Shown here piece by piece: positions 24,992 through 34,485 of a stretch of DNA of 59,242 bases. The notes under the pieces were generated by a model. The model did not search any database and was not told where the DNA came from. It saw only the letters and a program-made list of their open reading frames with translations. Source of the DNA: Candidatus Saccharimonadota bacterium. Its GTDB lineage: Bacteria > Patescibacteriota > Saccharimonadia > QS-5-54-17. The DNA is taken from the NCBI GenBank assembly GCA_050486185.1, contig JBJHCT010000004.1:1-59242 (forward strand), given 5' to 3'. Both the position numbers and the translations under genes were made by a program. Position 1 is the stretch's first letter. Each line of letters starts with the position of its first letter.

Positions 24992-26396
24992 TACACCGAT
25001 TTATTATATTAATGCCAAAGCTCATATAGGCCATGCCTATACCACCATAGCTGCGGATGTTTTAGCCCGTTATCATCGCAATCAAGGCAATGAAGTGTTA
25101 TTTAGTACCGGCACTGATGAAAATAGCCAAAAAACTATCAAGGCCGCTGAAGAAGCTGGTCAAGAAGTACAGACTTATGTAGATGAGATGGCCGATCAAT
25201 GGCAGCAACTGTTCGATGAGTTAAATATCAGCTATGACGACTTTATACGCACTACAGAGGATAGGCATAAAGAGTCGGTCTATGCTCTGTTTGAAAAACT
25301 TCAAGCTAGTGAAGATATCTATAAGGGTCAGTACAAGGGCCTTTACTGTGAGGGCTGCGAGGGATTCATATCAGAGAGTGAGTTAGAGGATGGTAAATGC
25401 CCAGATCACAAAGCCGAACCAAAGCTAATCGAAGAGGAAAACTACTTCTTTGCTTTAAGTAAATATCAAGAGCAGCTGCTTGATCATATTAAAACCAACC
25501 CTGAATTTATTCAGCCCGAAACTAGGCGTAATGAGGTTGTAGCTTTCATAGAACGAGGCTTAGATGATTTTAGTATCTCTAGAGAGGGTCTGTCTTGGGG
25601 TATACCCTATCCTGGTGATCTCAAACATACTATCTATGTTTGGGTAGAGGCTCTAATGAACTACTTAACAGTGAGTGGTTATCCTAAAGAAGGCTACGAT
25701 AAATGGTGGCCAGCTGATGTGCATCTAGTAGGTAAAGATATTATTAAGTTCCACTGTGTCTATTGGCCGGCAATACTAATGAGCGTAGGGCTGCCGCTAC
25801 CTAAAAGTATAGTTGCTAACGGCTTTTTAAATATCGAGGGATCCAAGATGTCTAAGTCACTAGGTAACGTTGTCGATCCGCTGCAACTAGCTGAAGAGTA
25901 CAATGTCGATGCTCTGCGTTACGTATTGATGCGCTCGACTCCCTTTGGTCAAGACGGTGATTTTACTATGGATAGATTTAGGGCCATTTACAATAGCGAT
26001 CTAGCCGATGATTTAGGTAACCTGGTCAACCGAGTTGCAGCTATGATTTCTAAATATCAGGGTGGATTAATCGGTCTAGGTGGTGATAGCGCTCATGATA
26101 TCAATGATTACAACGAGGCTATAAATAGCTTTAGATTCGATAAGGCTTTAGAAGCTGTTTCCATCTTTACTAAAGATTTAAATCTATATATCGAAGAAGA
26201 AAAACCTTGGCAGGTAGCCAAAGAAGACCCCCAGCACTTACAGGAAATTCTATCCTATCTAGCCGTTAACCTAGTTAGAATAGGCGAACTGCTTGAGCCG
26301 TTCATGCCGGAAGCTGCTGCTAAAATTAAGCAGACCTTTAGTGGCGATAAGCTAGACCCTATAGAGGGCACCTTGTTTCCTAAAAAAGAGTTTTAA
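24972..26396 (+). CDS. metG: Methionine--tRNA ligase (short form)
   Basis: 'TPIYYINAKAHIGHAYT' (HIGH), 'KMSKSLGN' (KMSKS), Cys knuckle 'CEGCEG...CPDH'. AAGAGG RBS. Overlaps the upstream gene by 20 nt. Confidence 0.9.
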   Translation: MTKFYISTPIYYINAKAHIGHAYTTIAADVLARYHRNQGNEVLFSTGTDENSQKTIKAAEEAGQEVQTYVDEMADQWQQLFDELNISYDDFIRTTEDRHKESVYALFEKLQASEDIYKGQYKGLYCEGCEGFISESELEDGKCPDHKAEPKLIEEENYFFALSKYQEQLLDHIKTNPEFIQPETRRNEVVAFIERGLDDFSISREGLSWGIPYPGDLKHTIYVWVEALMNYLTVSGYPKEGYDKWWPADVHLVGKDIIKFHCVYWPAILMSVGLPLPKSIVANGFLNIEGSKMSKSLGNVVDPLQLAEEYNVDALRYVLMRSTPFGQDGDFTMDRFRAIYNSDLADDLGNLVNRVAAMISKYQGGLIGLGGDSAHDINDYNEAINSFRFDKALEAVSIFTKDLNLYIEEEKPWQVAKEDPQHLQEILSYLAVNLVRIGELLEPFMPEAAAKIKQTFSGDKLDPIEGTLFPKKEF

Positions 26397-26429
26397 TGCC
26401 AAGTAGAGAGACTAGAGAGGTTTATTGAT

Positions 26430-27218
26430 ATGCCGACAGATATTTCATTGATCGATACTCACGCGCATCCCCATATGGAAGATTTCGACATGGATGAATC
26501 TGAATTCTTAGCTAGAACGGCCGAATCTAATGTTAAGCAGGTTATTGTAGTCGGTACTTCAGCTGCTGATTCTAAAAGAGCCATAGAGTTTGCTAGCAAG
26601 TATCCTAACTGCTTTGCCAGCGTAGGGCTGCATCCACATGAAGCTTCTAGCCTAGCTCAAGAACGAGATCAGCTAGCTAACCTCGCAGCTCAGGAGGAGG
26701 TTATAGCTATAGGTGAGTGTGGATTAGACTATTACTACCTAAACTCTAATCAGGAGGATCAAGTTGAGGCTTTTAAGTATCAAATTGAGTTAGCTCAAGA
26801 ACATAGTTTGCCGATGATCTTTCATGTTCGCAACCCAAAGGATAGCACTCAGGCCTTTGATGATTTTTTTGCGATCATTGATCAATACCGGGGTATATCC
26901 GGAGTAGTACATTCATTTACAGCCAATAAGGCGACCATGGAAGAGTGTATTAAAAGAGGGCTATATATCGGCCTAAACGGTATCATAACTTTCAGCAAAG
27001 ACACCTCGCAGCTAGAAGCGGCTAAATCCATACCGCTTGATAGTCTAGTGTTAGAAACAGACTCTCCCTTCTTGACCCCTGAACCATTTCGTGGTATGGT
27101 AAACCATTCGGGCAATACCAAGGTGGTAGCCGAATTTCTAGCAAATTTAAGAGGTGAGAGGCTAATTGATTTAGCTAGTGCCACATCAACTAATGCCAAA
27201 GAGGTGTTTAAAATATGA
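26430..27218 (+). CDS. tatD: TatD-family metal-dependent hydrolase/DNase
   Basis: 'LIDTHAHP', 'GLHPHEA', 'IGECGLDYYY', 'IFHVRN', 'VVHSF' and 'LETDSPFL' motifs. Confidence 0.85.
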   Translation: MPTDISLIDTHAHPHMEDFDMDESEFLARTAESNVKQVIVVGTSAADSKRAIEFASKYPNCFASVGLHPHEASSLAQERDQLANLAAQEEVIAIGECGLDYYYLNSNQEDQVEAFKYQIELAQEHSLPMIFHVRNPKDSTQAFDDFFAIIDQYRGISGVVHSFTANKATMEECIKRGLYIGLNGIITFSKDTSQLEAAKSIPLDSLVLETDSPFLTPEPFRGMVNHSGNTKVVAEFLANLRGERLIDLASATSTNAKEVFKI

Positions 27219-27853
27219 GCGCTCAGACAACAACCAGCAGTAGTGAAATTTATGGTGATACTATATCCTTACCCTCTAGAGGTAGTGATTCTCTAGACCC
27301 AAACGCTAATTATCCAACACAATCACCTATAGACTCACCGGAACTTCCTCCTCAAGATGTTCGGGTTGCTGAATCGACAACTTCACCAGAAACTGTAGCC
27401 GCTTGGATTCAGGAGGTCGGTGAGATCGGAGATTTAATAGTTGAACACCGTGAACTCCTAATCTCATCACCTTCTGTTACTTTCACAGAGAGAGCTAAGA
27501 CTATCGGTATTTTAAGTATTTTCAAGAAACTATCTTTAGCCGAAGTTAACCACCGCGATTTAATAGCAAAAGAAGCCGAAGTTAGCAGATCTATATTCCA
27601 AAACCCTACTAATACTTTCTTCTATTTCGACCACCAAGGCGATGGCCGTGGTGAGTGGGTGTTGAATAAGCAGGTTGGTGAAGGCACTAATGATATAGCT
27701 ACTATATATTACGAAGTTTCAGCACCCGATAACTTAGTTATAGTTAAATATCCAAGCATGCCACACCGACCAGCTACAGATGAGGAAGTCGCTAAGCTTC
27801 GATTTACAGCCGGTGCTTACTATCGCCAGATAACTAGCAACCTATATAATTAA
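27215..27853 (+). CDS. Hypothetical protein
   Basis: 212-aa ORF with its start overlapping the tatD stop (ATGA). No recognised domain. Confidence 0.45.
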   Translation: MSAQTTTSSSEIYGDTISLPSRGSDSLDPNANYPTQSPIDSPELPPQDVRVAESTTSPETVAAWIQEVGEIGDLIVEHRELLISSPSVTFTERAKTIGILSIFKKLSLAEVNHRDLIAKEAEVSRSIFQNPTNTFFYFDHQGDGRGEWVLNKQVGEGTNDIATIYYEVSAPDNLVIVKYPSMPHRPATDEEVAKLRFTAGAYYRQITSNLYN

Positions 27854-27859
27854 AGTATT

Positions 27860-29017
27860 ATGATTTATCTAGACTACGCTGCTGCCACTCCAGTGGATGA
27901 GGAAGTCATCAAGGCTATGGAAGTATATTGGCAAGATAAGTTTTATAACCCTTCGGCACTATACGTAGCTTCTAGGGAGACAGCCAAAGAACTAGATAGC
28001 TACCGCAAACAAGTAGCTAGCCTCATAGGGTCTAACCCTGCAGAGATTTACTTTACAGCTGGGGCTACAGAAAGTATTAACCTTAGCGTAGGTGGTGTTT
28101 TGCGAGCTCATCCTGAAGCTAGGGTGGTAGTCGGAGCTATAGAGCACAGCGCTGTTTTAGCTAGTGCTAAAGGTTTTGCCGGTGAGGATAGAGTAACCAC
28201 AGCCCCTGTTAATAGTGATGGCTTGATTGATCTAGCTAAATTAAAGAAAGCTATTACAGATGACGTGGTTTTAGTCAGTATCGGCTATGTCAACGGTGAA
28301 ATCGGTGTAATCCAGCCTATTAAACAGATCGTTGAGTTGATTAAAGAAGTGAGGTTAGACCGCTCTAAGCGAGGAGTTGATTTACCCCTGTATCTACATA
28401 GTGACTGCTCACAAGCAGTAGAGTATTTAGATATACACGTAGCTCGTTTAGGTGTTGATATGCTAAGTCTAAATGGCGGCAAGATATATGGACCCAAACA
28501 GTCTGGTGTGTTGTATGTGAGGCGCGGCATTGAACTGGAGCCGTTAATATATGGTGGTGGCCAAGAGGGTGGCTTACGAGGCGGCAGTGAATCGCTAGCT
28601 ATGGTATCTGGATTCTCTAAGGCTCTAGAGATAGCTACAGGTAAACGCAAAGCAGAATCCAATAGGCTCAAAATACTTCAACAACAACTGATTAAAGGGC
28701 TCAAGAGTATTGAAGATGTTCAAATTAACGGTAGCTTAAAGTACAGAATAGCTGCCAATGTTAATGTTAGCTTTGCCGATATTAACGGCGAGACACTAGT
28801 TCATCACTTAGATGCAAAAGGTATTTGTGTGGCTACCGGCTCAGCTTGCGTATCAGGTAGTGGTAAGCCGTCTCATGTTTTAGAGGCTCTAGGGTTAGAG
28901 TCAGAGTTAGTTTCAGGGTCTTTACGTATCAGTATGGGTAGAACAACTACAGCTGAGGAGATCGATAAGTTTCTTGAATTACTAGCTGTATTAGTGCCCA
29001 AGCTTAGAGATAGGTAG
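27860..29017 (+). CDS. Cysteine desulfurase (class V aminotransferase, NifS/IscS-like)
   Basis: 'IYLDYAATTP'-type N-terminus (IYLDYAAATP), 'FTAGATESIN', 'LHSDCSQA', the PLP-Lys region 'LNGGKIYGPK' and catalytic 'ATGSACVSG'. Confidence 0.85.
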   Translation: MIYLDYAAATPVDEEVIKAMEVYWQDKFYNPSALYVASRETAKELDSYRKQVASLIGSNPAEIYFTAGATESINLSVGGVLRAHPEARVVVGAIEHSAVLASAKGFAGEDRVTTAPVNSDGLIDLAKLKKAITDDVVLVSIGYVNGEIGVIQPIKQIVELIKEVRLDRSKRGVDLPLYLHSDCSQAVEYLDIHVARLGVDMLSLNGGKIYGPKQSGVLYVRRGIELEPLIYGGGQEGGLRGGSESLAMVSGFSKALEIATGKRKAESNRLKILQQQLIKGLKSIEDVQINGSLKYRIAANVNVSFADINGETLVHHLDAKGICVATGSACVSGSGKPSHVLEALGLESELVSGSLRISMGRTTTAEEIDKFLELLAVLVPKLRDR

Positions 29018-29029
29018 TACAATAGAGCT

Positions 29030-29605
29030 ATGTTAATTCACTGGTTACTGAAACTAGCTTTCCCAATCTTATTAGTAGTCGCAGGCCTCATAGCTCTAGG
29101 CTTTTATATCTCCCCCAGAGATGATCTGAAAGAAAGTGATGTCATTGTAGCTGTTAGTGGTGGTGATACTGTTGCTAGAACCCAAGAAGCTATTAAGCTA
29201 TACCAAGAAGGCTGGGCTCCTAGATTAATTTTTTCAGGAGCAGCCCTAGATCCAGTCAGTAAATCTAATGCCGAAGCCATGCGGGATATCGCTGTGTCGG
29301 CCGGTGTGCCACCAGATGTCATCATCGTCGAGGAGTTCTCTGATAATACTAGAGAGAACGCCGAGCGTTCAGCTAGACTCATATCGGCTCTTCGTAATGA
29401 GAGCATTATTCTAGTTACATCACCATACCACCAGCGCCGCACCTATATTGAATTTAAGTCTCAGCTAGGCGAGACAGTGGAGGTAATCAACCATCCAGCT
29501 CCAGATGAACGTTGGAGCCGTAGCCAGTGGTGGCGCAGCCCCTTTGGTTGGTATGTAACAGCTACAGAAGCTCCCAAAGTACTGTATGTATTGCTGCAAA
29601 GTTAA
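29030..29605 (+). CDS. DUF218 (YdcF/ElyC/SanA-like) membrane-anchored protein
   Basis: N-terminal TM, then 'VIVAVSGGD', 'LIFSGA', 'SDNTRENA' and 'ILVTSPYHQRR'. Confidence 0.7.
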   Translation: MLIHWLLKLAFPILLVVAGLIALGFYISPRDDLKESDVIVAVSGGDTVARTQEAIKLYQEGWAPRLIFSGAALDPVSKSNAEAMRDIAVSAGVPPDVIIVEEFSDNTRENAERSARLISALRNESIILVTSPYHQRRTYIEFKSQLGETVEVINHPAPDERWSRSQWWRSPFGWYVTATEAPKVLYVLLQS

Positions 29606-29641
29606 GGTTGGTAGATAGTTTTTTATAAGAGGATTGAAACA

Positions 29642-30715
29642 ATGAAGAAAATATTTGTCGGAATAAGTGGTGGTGTCGATAGCTCGACAACTGCTGCTTT
29701 GTTGAAAACTGAAGGCTATGACGTGACGGGTGTATATATGAAGAACTGGACTAAAGATGTTGCCGGTAATAAATGCCCTTGGCGAGAAGATCTATTAGAT
29801 GCTCAAAGCGCAGCGGCCGTTTTAGACATACCACTTGAAATATTTGATTTTGAGAGTGAGTATAAGCAGAAGGTAGTTGATTATATGGTAGCTGAATATA
29901 GAGCTGGAAGAACTCCTAACCCTGATATTATGTGCAATCAAGAGATTAAGTTTAAGCTGTTTTTAGATACGGCTTTAGAAAAAGGTGCCGATTATGTAGC
30001 TACCGGTCACTACGCTAGAATTATTAACCAAACAGATCAAGATAGCGAATACTACGGACTATATAGCGGCATTGATGAGGGTAAAGATCAAAGCTACTTT
30101 CTATATCGCATTGAAGAGTCTGCACTAGCAAAAACCCTGTTTCCTTTAGGTGAGATGAGAAAAGATGAGGTTAGAAAGTTAGCCAAGAAGTTTAATTTAC
30201 CCAATGCTAATAAGCCGGATTCGCAAGGTATATGTTTTGTCGGAGAGGTCGACATTAGAGACTTCTTGCGCGAATACATAACTACCACACCAGGCCCCAT
30301 TAAACATATGGACGGCAGGACCTTAGGTGAGCACGAAGGTGCGGAGCTATATACTATCGGCCAACGTCAGGGCTTAGGTGTCGGTGGTGGCTTGCCACTT
30401 TACGTAGTTAAAAAAGATATGACAACAAATACTATTTATGTTACAGATGATCTTAACGCTCTGATGAGCGATGAGGTAAGGATCGACAACTTGCACTGGA
30501 TCAACCAGGCTCCCAAGGGAGGTGCCAGCTATTTAGCACGCCTGCGGCATTTAGGTAAGTTAACAGAAGCGAAGATTATAGATATATCAGATAAAGAGGC
30601 TACTATTAAGCTATCTGAACCAGAGAGAGCCATTACACCAGGTCAATCATTAGTACTCTACACCCAAGATGATTTAGGTCATAAAGTAGTCGGTGGCGGA
30701 GTGGTAAGTCCATAG
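29642..30715 (+). CDS. mnmA: tRNA-specific 2-thiouridylase
   Basis: PP-loop 'VGISGGVDSS', 'NPDIMCNQEIKF', 'ATGHYAR', 'KDQSYFL' and 'DSQGICFVG'. Confidence 0.9.
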   Translation: MKKIFVGISGGVDSSTTAALLKTEGYDVTGVYMKNWTKDVAGNKCPWREDLLDAQSAAAVLDIPLEIFDFESEYKQKVVDYMVAEYRAGRTPNPDIMCNQEIKFKLFLDTALEKGADYVATGHYARIINQTDQDSEYYGLYSGIDEGKDQSYFLYRIEESALAKTLFPLGEMRKDEVRKLAKKFNLPNANKPDSQGICFVGEVDIRDFLREYITTTPGPIKHMDGRTLGEHEGAELYTIGQRQGLGVGGGLPLYVVKKDMTTNTIYVTDDLNALMSDEVRIDNLHWINQAPKGGASYLARLRHLGKLTEAKIIDISDKEATIKLSEPERAITPGQSLVLYTQDDLGHKVVGGGVVSP

Positions 30716-30736
30716 TTTGCTACAATACTACTTGTT

Positions 30737-32665
30737 ATGAATGCACAAGAAATTAGAAGTAAATACTTAAAGTTCTATAAAGAAAAGGATCATACAGTTA
30801 TCCCGCGGGCTAATTTAGTGCCTCAAGATGATGCTACCACTCTATTTACTGGTTCTGGCATGCAGCCACTTTTGCCTTATCTTTTAGGTGCTAAACACCC
30901 AGAAGGAAGTAGGCTAGTAGATTCACAAACCTGTTTGAGAGCTGAGGATATTGAAGAAGTGGGCGATAATCGCCATACCACTTTTTTTGAAATGTTAGGC
31001 AACTGGAGTTTGGGCGATTATTTCAAGGAAGATCAGCTTAGGTGGTTTTTCCAGTTCCTAGTCGATGAAGTAGAGTTAGATCCAAACAAGATTTACGTCA
31101 CTTGCTTCATAGGCTCTAGTGAGTTTGATATCCCTAAAGACAGCGAATCTGCCGAAATTTGGCAACAACTATTTAAAGACAAGGGGGTTGAGGCAAAGAC
31201 CGTTGATATCGGTTCATCAGATGAGGGTGCTAAGCGAGGTATGAAGGCAAGTGAGCGAGTATTTTTCTATGATGCGGATAAAAACTGGTGGAGTAGAAAT
31301 GGTGGTCCTGAGCAGATGCCGGAAGGTGAACCGGGCGGCCCAGACTCGGAAGTCTTCTATGAGTTTAGCGGTATTGAGCATGATGAGGCTTTTGGTGAGA
31401 ACTGTCATCCTAACTGTGACTGTGGTCGGTTTATGGAGATCGGCAACTCAGTCTTTATGCAATATGTTAAAACATCAGATGGTTTTGATGATTTACCACA
31501 AAAGAACGTCGATTTTGGTGGCGGATTAGAGCGCATCGCAGCAGCTAAACTTGATAGCCCAGATGTATTTGCTATCAGCCTAATGCAGCCGATTATTCAA
31601 AGTTTAGAAAAAATTAGCGGTAAAGATTATGCCAGCCATCAAGAAGCTATGCGCGTCATCGCCGATCACTTAAGAGCTTCGGTGTTCTTAGCTCTTGATG
31701 GAGTGACGCCGAGCAATAAAGAGCAAGGTTACGTTATGCGTCGGCTTATGCGTCGAGCTATTCGCTTTGCTTTTGACTTAGGTATTCATAGTGACTTGAT
31801 TGAGCGTCTCACGCCGCTAATCATCGACGCCTACAAGGACGATTTTGCTGATTTAGCTGAATCGGTAGATAGAATTACTGAAGTTATGGTTAGGGAAGAG
31901 AAAGTGTTTAGGCAGACACTGCGTAAAGGCATAAAGCAGATAGAGAAGAAACAACAAATATTAGAAGTGCAGAATACAGAAAGCAATTCCGAAGTCGAAA
32001 ACATAGTACTGACAGGTAAAGATTTATTTGAATTATACGATACGCATGGATTTCCGGTAGAGCTCAGTGAAGAAGAGGCTAAGAAGCGTAGTCTTCCGCT
32101 TTCGAAAGACTGGAAAAAAGAGTTCGAGCAGGCACTAGAAGAGCAGCGCCAACGCTCCCGCACCGCTACAAAGGGTCAGTTTAAAGGTGGTTTAGGTGGT
32201 GAGGGTGATGTGCACAAGAAATACCACACAGCTACTCACTTAATGTATCGAGCTTTGCGTGAAGTTTTAGGTGATCACGTTATCCAGCGTGGATCCAACA
32301 TTACTGATGAGAGATTACGATTTGATTTCTCACATCCCGATAAAATGACAGACGAAGAAAAAAGCCGGGTTGAAGACCTGGTAAATGAACGCATCAGTAT
32401 GGATCTAAGCGTTTCGTGGGAAGAGATACCGACGGATAAGGCGCTCAAACAAGGGGCTTACGGAGCCTTCGGTGATACCTACGGTGACACAGTTAAGGTG
32501 TACTCGATGAGTGATGATCAGGGTAATAAGTACAGTTTTGAGATATGTGGTGGTCCACATGTTGAGCGTACTAGTGAGCTGGCCGAAGATGGTAAGAAGT
32601 TCAAAATTACTAAAGAGGAGTCATCATCAGCTGGTGTACGTAGAATCAAGGCAGTTTTAAAGTAA
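30737..32665 (+). CDS. alaS: Alanine--tRNA ligase, short form lacking the C-terminal C-Ala/DHHA1 region
   Basis: 'FTGSGMQPL', 'RHTTFFEMLGNWS', 'DFGGGLERI', 'DHLRA', editing-domain 'HTATHLM' and 'CGGPHV'. Ends just after 'GVRRIKAV' at 642 aa. Confidence 0.9.
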   Translation: MNAQEIRSKYLKFYKEKDHTVIPRANLVPQDDATTLFTGSGMQPLLPYLLGAKHPEGSRLVDSQTCLRAEDIEEVGDNRHTTFFEMLGNWSLGDYFKEDQLRWFFQFLVDEVELDPNKIYVTCFIGSSEFDIPKDSESAEIWQQLFKDKGVEAKTVDIGSSDEGAKRGMKASERVFFYDADKNWWSRNGGPEQMPEGEPGGPDSEVFYEFSGIEHDEAFGENCHPNCDCGRFMEIGNSVFMQYVKTSDGFDDLPQKNVDFGGGLERIAAAKLDSPDVFAISLMQPIIQSLEKISGKDYASHQEAMRVIADHLRASVFLALDGVTPSNKEQGYVMRRLMRRAIRFAFDLGIHSDLIERLTPLIIDAYKDDFADLAESVDRITEVMVREEKVFRQTLRKGIKQIEKKQQILEVQNTESNSEVENIVLTGKDLFELYDTHGFPVELSEEEAKKRSLPLSKDWKKEFEQALEEQRQRSRTATKGQFKGGLGGEGDVHKKYHTATHLMYRALREVLGDHVIQRGSNITDERLRFDFSHPDKMTDEEKSRVEDLVNERISMDLSVSWEEIPTDKALKQGAYGAFGDTYGDTVKVYSMSDDQGNKYSFEICGGPHVERTSELAEDGKKFKITKEESSSAGVRRIKAVLK

Positions 32666-32677
32666 GGTAGGTATTTT

Positions 32678-33178
32678 ATGTCTGAGAAACTTCGAGAGAT
32701 ACTGCAAGCTGCTGATGTGGTTCGACATGACCCAGTTAAACTTAGGTCAGGAAAATCCTCGGATTTCTATATAGATATCAAGAAAGGTTTTGGCGATCCT
32801 GAACTACTTAGAGTAATTAGCCAAGAATTAGCTAGGAAGCTAGATAGTAAAACTACTGCTGTAGCTGCTACAGGGCATGGAGGTGTACCTATAGCGGTAG
32901 GAGTTGCGCTAGAGACTGGGCTGCCTCTAATTCTAATTAGAGAGAGAATTAAGGACCACGGTATGAGAAATCTAATAGATGGCTATCAACCTGGACGTGG
33001 TGATTTTGTAGCTATAGTTGATGATGTCTTTACCACCGGTAGTAGCTTGCGTGAGACCATAGATGCACTAGGAGACAGCGGAGCAGAAATAGTGGGCTGT
33101 TACGTGGTTGTCAAAAGAGGTGATGGTGATGTTAGCGCCCCACTCACTTACTTATTAGAACCAGAAGACATCACCTGA
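32678..33178 (+). CDS. pyrE: Orotate phosphoribosyltransferase-like type I PRTase
   Basis: 'VKLRSGKSSDFYIDIK' and PRPP-binding 'VAIVDDVFTTGSS'. The PRTase fold is firm; orotate specificity is less certain. Confidence 0.55.
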   Translation: MSEKLREILQAADVVRHDPVKLRSGKSSDFYIDIKKGFGDPELLRVISQELARKLDSKTTAVAATGHGGVPIAVGVALETGLPLILIRERIKDHGMRNLIDGYQPGRGDFVAIVDDVFTTGSSLRETIDALGDSGAEIVGCYVVVKRGDGDVSAPLTYLLEPEDIT

Positions 33179-33217
33179 GCGTTTTTCTACTCGCTTATGT
33201 TAAAATAAGGTGTAGAT

Positions 33218-34480
33218 ATGCTTGATAAATTAACCCGTAAGGCAAATAAAAAGCCTAAAAGTAAACACATAGCGGCTGTCGATATCGGTACCGAGTTTGC
33301 CAAAGTTTTGGTAGCTAAGATTACCGAAGATGATAACGGACAGACAAAAGCCGAGATAGTTGGTGTGGGCCGTAAACACCAATCCTTAAGTGATATGCAT
33401 TCTGGAGCGATTGCCGATATCGCCGGTGTAGTTACTAACTGTGATGCAGCTTTAGCCGAAGCTGAAGACATGGCCGGTGTCAGTATCGAAGACGTGGTTA
33501 TGGGTATTGCTGGTGAGTTAGTTAAAGGCAGCACCACCACTATTCGCTACCAACGTCCCAATGCCAAAAAAGAGATTAATGAGGCAGAGATGCAAGAAAT
33601 CATCGAGCGAGTTCAGGCCAGAGCCTTAGAGCGTGCCCAGGCAGAACTTGCTTGGGAGTCGGGAGTAGATAATATAGAGATCACTATGGTTAATGCTGCT
33701 GTAGTCAATGTATCTATAGATGGGTATAAAGTAACTAACCCCATAGGTTTTACCGGTAAAGACGTATCGGTCCAGCTGTTTTGTGCCTTTGCACCGATGG
33801 TGCACATCGGAGCTTTAGAACGAGTAGCTTTGGATATGAATCTCAACCTCATAGCTGTTACGGCCGAGCCTTTTGCTGTAGCTAAATCGGTAGGTGTAGA
33901 CTATAGCGAAAACTTTAGCGCAATATTTATCGATGTCGGTGGTGGCACTACCGACATAGCAGTGGTAAACGATGGCGGCGTAGAAGGCACTAAGATGTTT
34001 GGTATTGGGGGTCGTAGTTTTACTTCAGCTGTAGCCAAGCAGCTTGATGTTAGTTTTGAAGAAGCTGAAAAACTTAAGTGCGAGCTGAGTGAAGATGGTA
34101 GTAATGAAGAAGTCAGAAAAGCATTACTACCTACAGTCAAAGTTTGGATGAGTGGTGTGGAGCTAGCTTTAAGTGAATTTGATACAACCGATCAGTTACC
34201 TAGCAAGATACTGCTATGTGGTGGCGGTTCGGCTCTGCCGTATATATCTACCTCCTTGCAAAGTGATGTTTGGCGAAAACAGGTGCCTATAGCTGATAAT
34301 ATTACAGTTGAGCATGTCGATCCTAAGGATGTTGATAGAGTAGTAGATAAGACCGGGCAAGTGAATGATTATTCCTACATTACACCTATGGGACTACTTA
34401 ATGTCGGTTTAGATGCACTTGGTAGTGAGTCGCCAGGTAAGCGGTTTGTTAGTAAAATAAACAGGGCTATGCAAAGCTAG
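33218..34480 (+). CDS. ftsA: Cell division protein FtsA (actin/Hsp70-fold ATPase)
   Basis: 'AAVDIGTEFAKVLV', 'IDVGGGTTDIAV' and 'LCGGGSALP' phosphate/adenosine motifs; length 420 aa. Confidence 0.75.
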   Translation: MLDKLTRKANKKPKSKHIAAVDIGTEFAKVLVAKITEDDNGQTKAEIVGVGRKHQSLSDMHSGAIADIAGVVTNCDAALAEAEDMAGVSIEDVVMGIAGELVKGSTTTIRYQRPNAKKEINEAEMQEIIERVQARALERAQAELAWESGVDNIEITMVNAAVVNVSIDGYKVTNPIGFTGKDVSVQLFCAFAPMVHIGALERVALDMNLNLIAVTAEPFAVAKSVGVDYSENFSAIFIDVGGGTTDIAVVNDGGVEGTKMFGIGGRSFTSAVAKQLDVSFEEAEKLKCELSEDGSNEEVRKALLPTVKVWMSGVELALSEFDTTDQLPSKILLCGGGSALPYISTSLQSDVWRKQVPIADNITVEHVDPKDVDRVVDKTGQVNDYSYITPMGLLNVGLDALGSESPGKRFVSKINRAMQS

Positions 34481-34485
34481 GAGCT

